Virus record (IMG/VR): IMGVR_UViG_3300032289_002472
Span: 1 to 64,000 of that record
Direction: 5' to 3' (one strand)
Source: a virus
DNA: 64,000 bases
The notes below the pieces were generated by a model. That model did no database searches, was not told the origin of the DNA, and saw only the letters and a list, made by a program, of their open reading frames with translations. Made by a program: the position numbers and the translations under genes. Positions 49,575-58,467 of this stretch are shown here, one piece after another. Each line of letters starts with the position of its first letter. The stretch's first letter is position 1.

Positions 49575-50264
49575 CTATTTTAATGCATCAACATACATCT
49601 GCTTCAAAGACCTTAAAACACTAATTTCAATATTTTTCCTGAATCTGGAATCTTCGACCTTATCTTGCATATATGCTTGAATCTCGTCATCAACTACTCG
49701 GGCAGCATACCCCATCTCCATTACGTTTTTCTTGAGCTGCTTATATTGAGCGGGTAAACCTTTTTTAATTCTTTTTGTTACCCCATCAACAAGCTTCCTG
49801 TATTTTAGGTCAGTATAGTATTTGGCATGGCGAATCTCGTGATTGAATAGATCGCCCTCTGTCTTGTCAGTTCCTATAATATATCCATTCAGGCAGTTAT
49901 GATATCCGACCTCAATAGTTATATCTGCAAGAATATTAGACAATACTTCGTCGTAAGGGGTCTCATAGGTCTCAGTATTCTGTAATGGCATCCAGTGTTC
50001 ACTGTAACACTTCACAATAACTTCTACCGGAATATTGAATCCTGACCAGTCACCAGGATAACTAAATTTACTGTGATGATTTTTAGCGTACCAATCCATG
50101 TAGTCCCAAATTGAAAAACCTTTATCCCTAAATTTACGATTTGGAGATTCGTAAAATTCTTGAACACGGCAAAACGTCATACCGCGCTCATATTGATCTT
50201 TAATTACTACCGCAAATATACGGGGTTCGATAATGCTGATAGTATAATTAACCAAGTGTTTCAT
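49575..50264 (-). CDS. conserved phage protein (HExxH)
   Basis: RVQEFYES...WSGFNIP...HEIRH. Confidence 0.65.
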   Translation of the reverse strand: MKHLVNYTISIIEPRIFAVVIKDQYERGMTFCRVQEFYESPNRKFRDKGFSIWDYMDWYAKNHHSKFSYPGDWSGFNIPVEVIVKCYSEHWMPLQNTETYETPYDEVLSNILADITIEVGYHNCLNGYIIGTDKTEGDLFNHEIRHAKYYTDLKYRKLVDGVTKRIKKGLPAQYKQLKKNVMEMGYAARVVDDEIQAYMQDKVEDSRFRKNIEISVLRSLKQMYVDALK

Positions 50265-51262
50265 TAGTCTTTATAGTTTCTGTTAATTATTTTAAAGCTG
50301 AGGGGACGACCATTTCCTGAGGTTTTGTAGGTTACTGGACGAACTACAATACCTTCTGCTGGCGTTCCATGAAGCGTAACAGTTGAGTCTGCCAGCTCTT
50401 GAAGAGATTCAATACCAGACTGTACACCATCAAGGGTTTTGAACCCTATCAATGGCACCATATTCATTCTGTTGTTAATACAGAAGTCGGCCATCTCATT
50501 GAAGTCGTAATACTCATAGTCTTTTTCTTTGACCTGAAATACATACAACGTTGGCTGCATCAGCTTGAGTTGATTGCCCTGAATTCCAGGACCCATTAAC
50601 TCTCCCTGAATATATCCACTCCAATCTTCTTGTATTTCGAGCTTCTTGGCAGCAATCCAAAATGCATTTGTATCACTCTCTTTTAAAGAAAGCCTTCTGC
50701 TGCAAACCTGTGTTATTTTCCCCTTTTCAATAATGATTGTACAAGAGCTACCATCTAATTTTTGAGTAATAGTGACTCCACCCTCATTAACTTTGAGGAT
50801 TTCTTCAACTATATCAAAGTTAGAGAGACCATTGTCTTCGTCAGTAGAGGAAATTAAATAGCTAGGAAAAGGTCCTAGCACCTCTCCAGACAAGCAGGCA
50901 GGGATCTCTTTTTCGTATTTCTTAATTCCTAAAGCTCCACCTACGTCTGCTCCTATGTGCCAAGACTGAACATTCTCTGGTAGAACACTCAGTGGCAACA
51001 ATAAGCCTTGAGAGTATTGGCCACGCAACTTTATTGTTTTGAGCCTAATCGATTTTTCTGGATCGTTCTTGTGCGCCAAAAACTCAGACCAATCAGCTGC
51101 TGGGAGAATGGTGTCAATAACGACAAAGACAACCTTATCCCCCACTTTAAATTCGTTTTTTTTAACTATCGACTGCCATCCCAATACTTTAGCTATCTCT
51201 AAACTATCAGCATTGTTGTGTGGCACTATTTCTTTGACTACTTCAATTGAGGCAAGTTTCAT
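50264..51262 (-). CDS. RNA ligase, DRB0094/Rnl5 family
   Basis: N-terminal OB (NADSLE...LRGQYSQG), KLDGSS, QGE, EGIVVR, FKIIN. Confidence 0.9.
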   Translation of the reverse strand: MKLASIEVVKEIVPHNNADSLEIAKVLGWQSIVKKNEFKVGDKVVFVVIDTILPAADWSEFLAHKNDPEKSIRLKTIKLRGQYSQGLLLPLSVLPENVQSWHIGADVGGALGIKKYEKEIPACLSGEVLGPFPSYLISSTDEDNGLSNFDIVEEILKVNEGGVTITQKLDGSSCTIIIEKGKITQVCSRRLSLKESDTNAFWIAAKKLEIQEDWSGYIQGELMGPGIQGNQLKLMQPTLYVFQVKEKDYEYYDFNEMADFCINNRMNMVPLIGFKTLDGVQSGIESLQELADSTVTLHGTPAEGIVVRPVTYKTSGNGRPLSFKIINRNYKD

Positions 51263-51745
51263 TTCTTGTGTGTTTCCGTATTTATATTAAAGGTAGCATT
51301 CTTCCAGATTTTGATCTGTTCGCTAGTGAAGTGTTTAATGTGCCCTCCATCTTCTAATACAACCGCAAAGATGTCGTTTTCCCACATTCCACCATCTTTT
51401 ACATAAAGAACGTATCCAGGACCAATAGGAGTTACCACTGGGATTGGATTCCTGAACTCGTAGATCATTGACGAAATCTACCTAATTCAGTAAGTTTCGT
51501 CCAGCAGAAGAATCGGGCATCATAAAGCCACTGATAACCATGTTATGCTGGTGGGCATACCCATGGGCATCATTCCAATTATGAGCCCAAATTGTCACAT
51601 TCCATAGTGCATCATTAAATGTGTAATATGCATTAAATGGTTTTATCTTATCGTGTGGCCCCTCTTTAATGTCTTCGAGGTTTTCTTCGTCCTCAGTTCC
51701 ATCATATCCAAAGTGACCATATAGTCGGTTTGTGTTAATATTCAT
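51259..51745 (-). other. two small hypothetical CDS (51259-51468, 51482-51745)
   Basis: ORF track. Confidence 0.55.
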
Positions 51746-51829
51746 AAATGTTTGAAGATGTTAAAGATATTGTAAAAGGGATTAGATCATTCGGCAGTCG
51801 ACGAATACTAATATACAAGAATTTCACTT

Positions 51830-52537
51830 TTGATATTGCAAAAGACGCCAACAATACTGAAAAATAGATACATGATACTTGTCATTTCTGACATTCATTT
51901 AGGTGCTCCAGTTTGCCAAGCAGAGTTAACTCTAAAGCTTCTTGAAGAAGAAGAGTACGACACACTGATTATATGTGGCGATTTACTGGACAGCTATCAC
52001 CTACACAGGCTTTGCAAGAAGCAATGGAAGGTGCTTTCCACACTTAGAAAGATTTCAAAGAATAAAGAGTGTATCTTCATCAAAGGCAACCACGACCAGC
52101 ACATAGAGACAATCACTGCGCTGCTAGGTTTTGAATTCTATGAAGAATTCATTAAGACCATAGGAGATAAAAAGATTCTTTTTGTCCATGGTGATAGATG
52201 GGATCATTTTGTGATGGCAAAACCAATATTGACAAGCATAGCCTCCTTTTTTTATCATCTGCTCCAATTATTTGACAGCAAACAAAAGCTAAGCAGGAAA
52301 TTAAAAAGAATCATTAAAACTTGGCACAATTCAGCCGATACACTCATGGAGCGTATCTCTAAGTATTGCGTCGAACACAAATATAATGCAGTATGCTTTG
52401 GTCATTCACACATCCCTAAAAAACATTTTTATCACGGCATAGAATGCGTAAACTTAGGATCTCAGTGCGATCTTCCAGTTACATATGCTGTGATAGATCA
52501 TATAGGAAACATAATTCTTAAAAACAAAGATTATTAA
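51830..52537 (+). CDS. metallophosphoesterase (UDP-2,3-diacylglucosamine hydrolase-like)
   Basis: SDIHLG, GD, GNHD, HGD, GHSH. Confidence 0.85.
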   Translation: MILQKTPTILKNRYMILVISDIHLGAPVCQAELTLKLLEEEEYDTLIICGDLLDSYHLHRLCKKQWKVLSTLRKISKNKECIFIKGNHDQHIETITALLGFEFYEEFIKTIGDKKILFVHGDRWDHFVMAKPILTSIASFFYHLLQLFDSKQKLSRKLKRIIKTWHNSADTLMERISKYCVEHKYNAVCFGHSHIPKKHFYHGIECVNLGSQCDLPVTYAVIDHIGNIILKNKDY

Positions 52538-52542
52538 TTAAA

Positions 52543-52630
52543 GGATAGGTGGCAGAGTGGTCTATTGCATCGGTCTTGAAAACCGAAGGGCTGAAAGGCT
52601 CCGTGGGTTCGAATCCTACCCTATCCGCCA
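52543..52630 (+). tRNA. tRNA-Ser(TGA)
   Basis: Long variable arm, CCA. Confidence 0.93.
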
Positions 52631-52641
52631 CTTTAAAAAAT

Positions 52642-52714
52642 GCCCGTATAGCTCAGTTGGTAGAGCACCTCACTTGTAATGAGGATGTCGTTGGTTCGAA
52701 TCCGACTGCGGGCT
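52642..52714 (+). tRNA. tRNA-Thr(TGT)
   Basis: Cloverleaf. Confidence 0.93.
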
Positions 52715-52730
52715 CTTTTTTAAATAAAAA

Positions 52731-52878
52731 GTACGGCTGCTTCTCATACAACCTTGCGGGTGAGAAAGCTAACGCGAGCCGTTCACGGGTCGATGGTGAC
52801 CATCCCCCTTATTACAGGCATGACCTGCTTCTTTTCATCAGTGGGTTCTGACTAGCGGCTCATTACGCCACAGCAACT
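52731..52878 (-). ncRNA. unassigned structured RNA
   Basis: GC-rich intergenic island; ACGGCT/AGCCGT, GCTTTCTCA/TGAGAAGC stems, GCAA loop. Confidence 0.35.
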
Positions 52879-52882
52879 TTTT

Positions 52883-53788
52883 CTACTCAGCGGAAATCTT
52901 TGTAGAACACTTTCCTCCACAGCATTTCTTTCCCTTGCTCTCTTTGTCAATTTCCAATATAGCAGCAACGTGATTTTTTTGGACGTCAATACCTCCGCGC
53001 ACAAGAGCATCTGTTAATTCACAGACGGAAGGGCATCTACCAAGCTTTTCTTCAAGCTCCTCTGCTCCAAAGATAATGTTTTGAACACGTTGATGAAAGT
53101 TAAGGTTGATCATACCTTCTTCGGTTGGATCCTCCTCTTGGTTTTTCATTTCAACAACTGCTCTTACCTGGTTCTCAGAAAATGAAGAGCCGTAGCTGAT
53201 GCTTAAAAACTCTGCCATCGTACGTAAGTTAGGTTCAGTTCTAAATCCTAACGTCTGTTTTCTTGAGTTATATTCACTAATGATTCTTTCAAGCTTTGTG
53301 TAAACATTCATAGGAATGAAAGCTAATCCTTCATCAAACTCATCATTGGATTCATCATCAAAATCGCTTAAATCTTCGTTTGAATCTTCAGGAGTTTGAT
53401 AGTCATCAAAATCTTCCTCGTCTTCGTCAATGAATTCACCATCACGAGTGTATCCATTAATTTCTAAGAACTCTGCCAAGACGTCGTTGATGACTTCATT
53501 AACACTTACATCTTTCTCACAAGAAACTTTGATGAGATGTTCAAGAATGTCCCTGGGCCATTCTTCTGTCTCAAGCTCCAGAGTAACGAACTTTTCGAGA
53601 AGAATAGATCCGTCATTTTGATGATAAACGCTAAATTTATCTCCCTGATTCAATCCTAGGACTCCTAACTCCTCTTCCGTAAAGGAAATTAAAAGGTCTG
53701 TGGATTGTTGCAATTTCTTTGTAATAGTCTGTCGTTTGTTCATATTTTTGCTTTTCGTATTGGTTGTATATTTCTTCCGCCTCAACAA
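52883..53788 (-). CDS. putative transcriptional regulator (AbrB-like N-terminus)
   Basis: LGLNQGDKF...DGSILLEK; acidic linker; probable start 53743. Confidence 0.5.
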   Translation of the reverse strand: MLRRKKYTTNTKSKNMNKRQTITKKLQQSTDLLISFTEEELGVLGLNQGDKFSVYHQNDGSILLEKFVTLELETEEWPRDILEHLIKVSCEKDVSVNEVINDVLAEFLEINGYTRDGEFIDEDEEDFDDYQTPEDSNEDLSDFDDESNDEFDEGLAFIPMNVYTKLERIISEYNSRKQTLGFRTEPNLRTMAEFLSISYGSSFSENQVRAVVEMKNQEEDPTEEGMINLNFHQRVQNIIFGAEELEEKLGRCPSVCELTDALVRGGIDVQKNHVAAILEIDKESKGKKCCGGKCSTKISAE

Positions 53789-54005
53789 CCTCTGGTGAGA
53801 GCGGAATCCAGCAAGATGACAGAGAAGGAACGTGAGCGCCAGTTATTTTTTCGATATAGGCATGGTCCTCCTCCTCAATAGTTACTCTATTAAGAGCTTT
53901 AATTACTTGGGAGTTTTTAATTTTTACTTTTAGCATATTTTGGTTTGTCAAAAAAAGTAGTTGAATGGTGCCTTGAAATATGCAAAATGCATCATTGAAA
54001 GTAAA

Positions 54006-54078
54006 GGGGGTTTAGCTCATTTGGTAGAGCGTCTGCTTTGCAAGCAGAGGGTGAGGAGTTCGAATCTCCTAACCTCCA
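54006..54078 (+). tRNA. tRNA-Ala(TGC)
   Basis: Cloverleaf, G3-U70. Confidence 0.93.
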
Positions 54079-54098
54079 AACTAAAACACAAACACAAA

Positions 54099-54671
54099 AT
54101 GAGCGAAAAAGTACTAAAAAAAGTAATGTCTCCAAAAGACTTCATTGAACATAAAATCACTCTCGATCAATACAATTTAATTGAAGAATACGAGAAACAC
54201 TTAAGAAGAGAAATTGGTAATAGGAATACTCTATTTACTGATGAAAAAGATGACGCAAAACTTAAGGGTGCCGCCGTTGAGGTTATCTTAAGTTTATATG
54301 AAAATATGGTGTTTGGTGATGGGCAAGATTGTGATCTTTATTACAAGGGGTGGGGAGTAGAAGTGAAAGGTCAAGGATGCAACTCTAAACCAAGCATAGA
54401 CTTTGAAGTTTGGATGAAGAAATCCCAATCAATTATTACTCCTGCAAAACTATTGGTTGCTGCAAGGGTTTTAAATAGAAAGAACGAGAACGAAAGGCTT
54501 CACACAGCTTGGATATGTGGAATTATTCCAATGGAAGAATTTATATCAATTGCAGACTATATTCCAAAAGGAACAATGAAAAACTATGGCCCTGTCAAGA
54601 TAGATAAAATTGAAACGCCGTATAAAAATTTATACGCCCCTAAACAATTTTTTAGAGCGCGGTTAGCTTAG
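54099..54671 (+). CDS. PD-(D/E)xK-like nuclease between tRNAs
   Basis: GAAVE...D..CDL...VEVK; start reassigned to ATG 54099. Confidence 0.55.
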   Translation: MSEKVLKKVMSPKDFIEHKITLDQYNLIEEYEKHLRREIGNRNTLFTDEKDDAKLKGAAVEVILSLYENMVFGDGQDCDLYYKGWGVEVKGQGCNSKPSIDFEVWMKKSQSIITPAKLLVAARVLNRKNENERLHTAWICGIIPMEEFISIADYIPKGTMKNYGPVKIDKIETPYKNLYAPKQFFRARLA

Positions 54672-54728
54672 CGGTAGAGCAGGTCCTTTACACGGACAAG
54701 GTCGGGGGTTCGATCCCCTCACCGCGCA
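54657..54728 (+). tRNA. tRNA-Val(TAC)
   Basis: Cloverleaf, GTCC-TTTACAC-GGAC. Confidence 0.9.
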
Positions 54729-54729
54729 T

Positions 54730-54951
54730 TTAATTTGAAGCTAAAGCAGAAACTTGCTTTGAGGCCTCAAGCTCTTTAACTCTTTTTAAGTAAGTATATG
54801 GACTACTAGCAAAAACTCCATGAGTAGGACGAGTAAACAAATCCTTAATCTTTCTCTTGATTAAGCCGTATGCTGATTGATTACTTTCCCCCTCAGCATT
54901 TGCAATCTTAGAGGAAAGCTCAATCAAGTATGTTTCAGCATACTTATTCAT
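54730..54951 (-). CDS. putative capsid-internal protein
   Basis: MNKYAETYLIELSSKIA leader. Confidence 0.55.
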   Translation of the reverse strand: MNKYAETYLIELSSKIANAEGESNQSAYGLIKRKIKDLFTRPTHGVFASSPYTYLKRVKELEASKQVSALASN

Positions 54952-54952
54952 T

Positions 54953-55681
54953 TTAGCCCCCAACTGGATATAGTGGTGGTGGTGGTGGAACGGCTTTTCC
55001 TGTGTTGGGATCAATTTTATAGAAATTTTGTTTCATTTTATTTCCCAATGGCGTTACTGCATTGGGACCCGATACAGAGCCTGGGCCATAATTTGCTAAA
55101 TCCATCTGCCCCTCATTAATCATTTGCTGTTCTGAAGGCATGATCATTTGACCATTTGGAATTTTTTCAACCCTCAATTGAGGTAAACTATCCTTTAATC
55201 TCATTTGAGGTGCGGATGAATTAATGCTTTTAGCTGCGTTTTCAACCCTCAATTGAGGTAAACTATCCTTTAATCTCATTTGAGGCGCGGATGAATTAAT
55301 GCTTTTAGCTGCGCTCCCAATGCCTCCAAACATGGCCCCCAGGCCACCTCCAATAGCGCTTCCAGCTGCACCCAGAGCGGCTGCAGGATTAACCATAGGA
55401 TTAGTTGCCAAACCTTTTATGTTCCCAAAAGCAGAACTTACCTGGTTGCCAATTGAATTTGCAACAGAGCCTAAAATACTGGGCTGTGAATTACCCATAT
55501 AATTACCTCTTCTGCTTGGAGGAACACCACGAGAAACTGTTTTAGGGTTAAGCAACCCACCTCTTCCAACTAAGCCGCCTCTATTGCTATAGGGGACTCC
55601 CATAACAGTAGGAGGAGTATAAGGATCGGCTGCAGTCTTTTGGCTCAGCTCATTTAAATAGGTTTTTGTATATTTATTCAT
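54953..55681 (-). CDS. putative capsid-internal protein, low complexity
   Basis: MNKYTKTYLNELSQKTA leader; 75-bp tandem duplication. Confidence 0.6.
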   Translation of the reverse strand: MNKYTKTYLNELSQKTAADPYTPPTVMGVPYSNRGGLVGRGGLLNPKTVSRGVPPSRRGNYMGNSQPSILGSVANSIGNQVSSAFGNIKGLATNPMVNPAAALGAAGSAIGGGLGAMFGGIGSAAKSINSSAPQMRLKDSLPQLRVENAAKSINSSAPQMRLKDSLPQLRVEKIPNGQMIMPSEQQMINEGQMDLANYGPGSVSGPNAVTPLGNKMKQNFYKIDPNTGKAVPPPPPLYPVGG

Positions 55682-55693
55682 AGCTCAAATTAT

Positions 55694-55912
55694 TCAGTTT
55701 ACAGAAGTCCCCTGTGTTATAGCGCTAGCACTAACTTGTGGAATGTTTTTGGTCGGGTCCATTGTAGCTCCTAGGCCACGTGCTTCTCTACGCTCTTTTC
55801 GATAATCTGCGACCATTGTCATTAGCTTATCAAAGTTAGGAATTACTTTGGAAAGCAACCCATCTTGAGCAGCTTTAAGGTGTCCAAAATAAATATCTGC
55901 GTATTTATTCAT
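55694..55912 (-). CDS. putative capsid-internal protein
   Basis: MNKYADIYFGHLKAA leader. Confidence 0.55.
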   Translation of the reverse strand: MNKYADIYFGHLKAAQDGLLSKVIPNFDKLMTMVADYRKERREARGLGATMDPTKNIPQVSASAITQGTSVN

Positions 55913-56686
55913 TTAATAAAGTTTAACAGATAAGACCCCATCGTCAACAACTCCATAATGCTTTTCTGTGTCCAAACACCAAGATTCATGTGCCTCACCT
56001 TGAGCATATATCTCTGGATCAACAAAGGTTGTGTGACCAAAGATTTGCTTACCAATATGCTTTGAAGGAGTAAACTCATGTCTTCCATCCAGCCAAAGAA
56101 GCCCACCTATTTGAGCGCTTCCATATCTGCATCGGCCCACATCGGTAATGAAGTAATTACGATTATGAGAAAAATTTCTAAAGTTTGACCAAACATCTGG
56201 CAATACTTTATCAATTAATTCATCAATTGATTCATTAAAATTAAGATGGTCGGGCATTATTCCAGCATGTGAATAAATAATACCCTGAGACTTGTAAGCT
56301 AATTTTATATTTTTTGCGAAGAATTCATCTCTCAAGTTGTTATCAAAAAACACCTTACGAAATTGCTTGGCTTTATTTTTGGTAAAGCCTGAACAATAGT
56401 ATTCTCTGACTGGAACAATATTAGTGTGGGAGTGAGCCTTGTTTAAATAGATATATTGTACGTCATGGTTGCCCAACAAGAACACGAACTTGTCCCTTTC
56501 GGGATGATCCGTCATTAGGTCTCGCAAGAATAGACAGGTATCTAAAAAAGACGCGACATGCGGAGGTTCAAAAAAGGAGTCAAACCAGTCACCCAGAAAG
56601 ACTACCTCATCATAGCTTTCTTTTTTAAGCACATCCTCAACCAAAACAACTCTTTGATGTATATCAGGGATTATTAAAGTTTTCAT
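55913..56686 (-). CDS. calcineurin-like metallophosphoesterase
   Basis: PDIH, GDWFD, GNHD, HAG, GHT. Confidence 0.88.
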   Translation of the reverse strand: MKTLIIPDIHQRVVLVEDVLKKESYDEVVFLGDWFDSFFEPPHVASFLDTCLFLRDLMTDHPERDKFVFLLGNHDVQYIYLNKAHSHTNIVPVREYYCSGFTKNKAKQFRKVFFDNNLRDEFFAKNIKLAYKSQGIIYSHAGIMPDHLNFNESIDELIDKVLPDVWSNFRNFSHNRNYFITDVGRCRYGSAQIGGLLWLDGRHEFTPSKHIGKQIFGHTTFVDPEIYAQGEAHESWCLDTEKHYGVVDDGVLSVKLY

Positions 56687-56691
56687 AAAAA

Positions 56692-57157
56692 ATCGGCTGT
56701 CGTGTCTCAAGGTCTACGACGAATACTTTCGAACAGATAGGTCTATAGTTAGCGCCCTATCCTAGGTATATCAACTCGCCTCGCCTGAAGAAAGTCAAAT
56801 GAATGACTTTCTAACTCTCGGTGGCCGTCACCGTGCTTATGGTTACAACACCCCATTTTTGCGGAAACCATCCGCTTCTATCGTGAGTAGGATCTCACTA
56901 GAAGGCTAGTTATGCCCTCACGAATTAATTGAATGGCCCTAAACTATAACGGCGTCGGCTTGCGCTACTAACCTCTTTTTCTAGACTATGGTTAGTAGAC
57001 CATTCAAAGTAAAGAGACGGAAGGCCGTGTACTGTGGCACTCTATACTATAGGTATAGCGCCAAACCAGCTTCCCGAAATATATTTCGGGAACCCCGAAG
57101 CACCGCAACCTTCACCCATTTGGGCAGCTCGGTCTGCCGAATACTCAGCAGCATCTC
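56692..57157 (-). ncRNA. unassigned large structured RNA(s)
   Basis: About 460-nt GC-enriched region without a credible ORF, with at least 10 stems. Confidence 0.55.
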
Positions 57158-57324
57158 AAAGTATCTGTAACAAATTCATTCGGAACCCATAATGTCTGCA
57201 AAGTATCTTCATGATAATAGCAAACACAGCTTTGAGTATCACCTTTATCTAAGATAGATTGTAGCTGAAATTCTGTATAATCAGGAAATATACAAAACTT
57301 TTTAATTTGTGTATTTGTATTCAT
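57145..57324 (-). CDS. small hypothetical protein (59 aa, not in track)
   Basis: MNTNTQIKKFCIFPDY... Confidence 0.45.
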   Translation of the reverse strand: MNTNTQIKKFCIFPDYTEFQLQSILDKGDTQSCVCYYHEDTLQTLWVPNEFVTDTLRCC

Positions 57325-57331
57325 TTTAAAA

Positions 57332-57409
57332 TGGAGGTGGTCGGAATCGAACCGACGTTATGAGAACTATTGATTTGTGTCAACACTCATACGAAGCCAA
57401 TGCACCCCC
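57332..57409 (-). ncRNA. minimal tmRNA (tRNA-like domain only)
   Basis: GGGGGTG/CACCTCC-A with G3-U70, no D stem, long P2-like stem, GTTCGATTC T-loop. Confidence 0.7.
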
Positions 57410-57414
57410 CTAAA

Positions 57415-57969
57415 TTAGTCTTCTTCGGGCACAGGAGTATAATCTAACTCTTTTGCCTTTTCGGAGCAAAGAGTTTTAAACCACCCACCCCTAGAGTGCA
57501 AGCTTCCAGGAGCTCCTGTCACTTCACACGTTCTGCCAGAAATATATTCGGCAAAGTCTACAGCGCTTTGAATTCTTTGATCCAATTGCCAGTAGTATGC
57601 TTCTACTTTATCTAAGTCTAATTTTTCCCTTCCAGGAAAGTCTTGTTGCATTGCCTTTATGTAAAAATAGACCCTAAGAGTAGCATACTTTTCTTTTATC
57701 TGTGTGAATATGACCTCAGGAGCTGGAAGATAAACTATATTATCTTCCCAGTGCTCTTTGTCTTTTTTATAAAACTCATCTTTGACCCCCATGGTATGAT
57801 TACTTGTAACCATGCGCTTTATATATCCACAAAGGTCATCAAGTATTTTATACCAACCATCGTCGCATTCGCACCCAAAACACATTAATGATTCTGTGGG
57901 TGGAAGTTTATGTCCTTGAAAAAACTCGGGGTATTTTTCAGTTAGTGACTTTTTTAGCTCTTCTTTCAT
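57415..57969 (-). CDS. conserved phage hypothetical protein
   Basis: ECDDGW...QIKEKYATLRVY...TCEVTG..G...GGWFKTLC. Confidence 0.75.
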   Translation of the reverse strand: MKEELKKSLTEKYPEFFQGHKLPPTESLMCFGCECDDGWYKILDDLCGYIKRMVTSNHTMGVKDEFYKKDKEHWEDNIVYLPAPEVIFTQIKEKYATLRVYFYIKAMQQDFPGREKLDLDKVEAYYWQLDQRIQSAVDFAEYISGRTCEVTGAPGSLHSRGGWFKTLCSEKAKELDYTPVPEED

Positions 57970-58214
57970 TTTTTCGAAGAATGGTTATTAGCAGACTTTT
58001 GCCAAACTTCATAATGTATTCCTACACACCCCTTCTTTTTTCTCTTTTTAATTCGTTGAACTAAAGCCGCATGTCGACAATTTCGTTTAACTTCGTCCAT
58101 GATTTTGTAAGCCATGGTCATCTCTCCTTCAAGAAAGGGACCAGCTAAAATGTGAAAACCATTAGACCTAGCCTCTTTTTCTGTAATGTATTTGTGATTA
58201 ATTAATTCGCTCAT
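57966..58214 (-). CDS. hypothetical protein
   Basis: Start trimmed to ATG after the tRNA. Confidence 0.55.
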   Translation of the reverse strand: MSELINHKYITEKEARSNGFHILAGPFLEGEMTMAYKIMDEVKRNCRHAALVQRIKKRKKKGCVGIHYEVWQKSANNHSSKK

Positions 58215-58235
58215 GTTGTTGTTCTTTAAAATAAA

Positions 58236-58316
58236 TAGCGTAGGAGGGACTCGAACCCTCAAGACTTTCGTCGACAGATTTTAAGTCTGTTGTGTATGCC
58301 ATTCCACCACTACGCC
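58236..58316 (-). tRNA. tRNA-Leu(TAA)
   Basis: ACAGA-CTTAAAA-TCTGT, variable arm. Confidence 0.9.
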
Positions 58317-58467
58317 CAAATTTACTATTTAGCTATGCCCCGCTTTTGTAATCTCTTGAGTCTTGCCTTGCGAGCATATTTGCTCTCGTGCATTGGATCC
58401 TCTTCAAGCATTTTGCGACGACGTTCTTCTTTTTCTTTTTGTATCTGTTCTCGTTTCTTAGACATGT

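Noticed and set aside
52549-52851. 100-aa ORF
   Set aside because: Runs through tRNA-Ser and tRNA-Thr
57332-57409. Ordinary tRNA-Ala
   Set aside because: No D stem and no 7-nt anticodon loop
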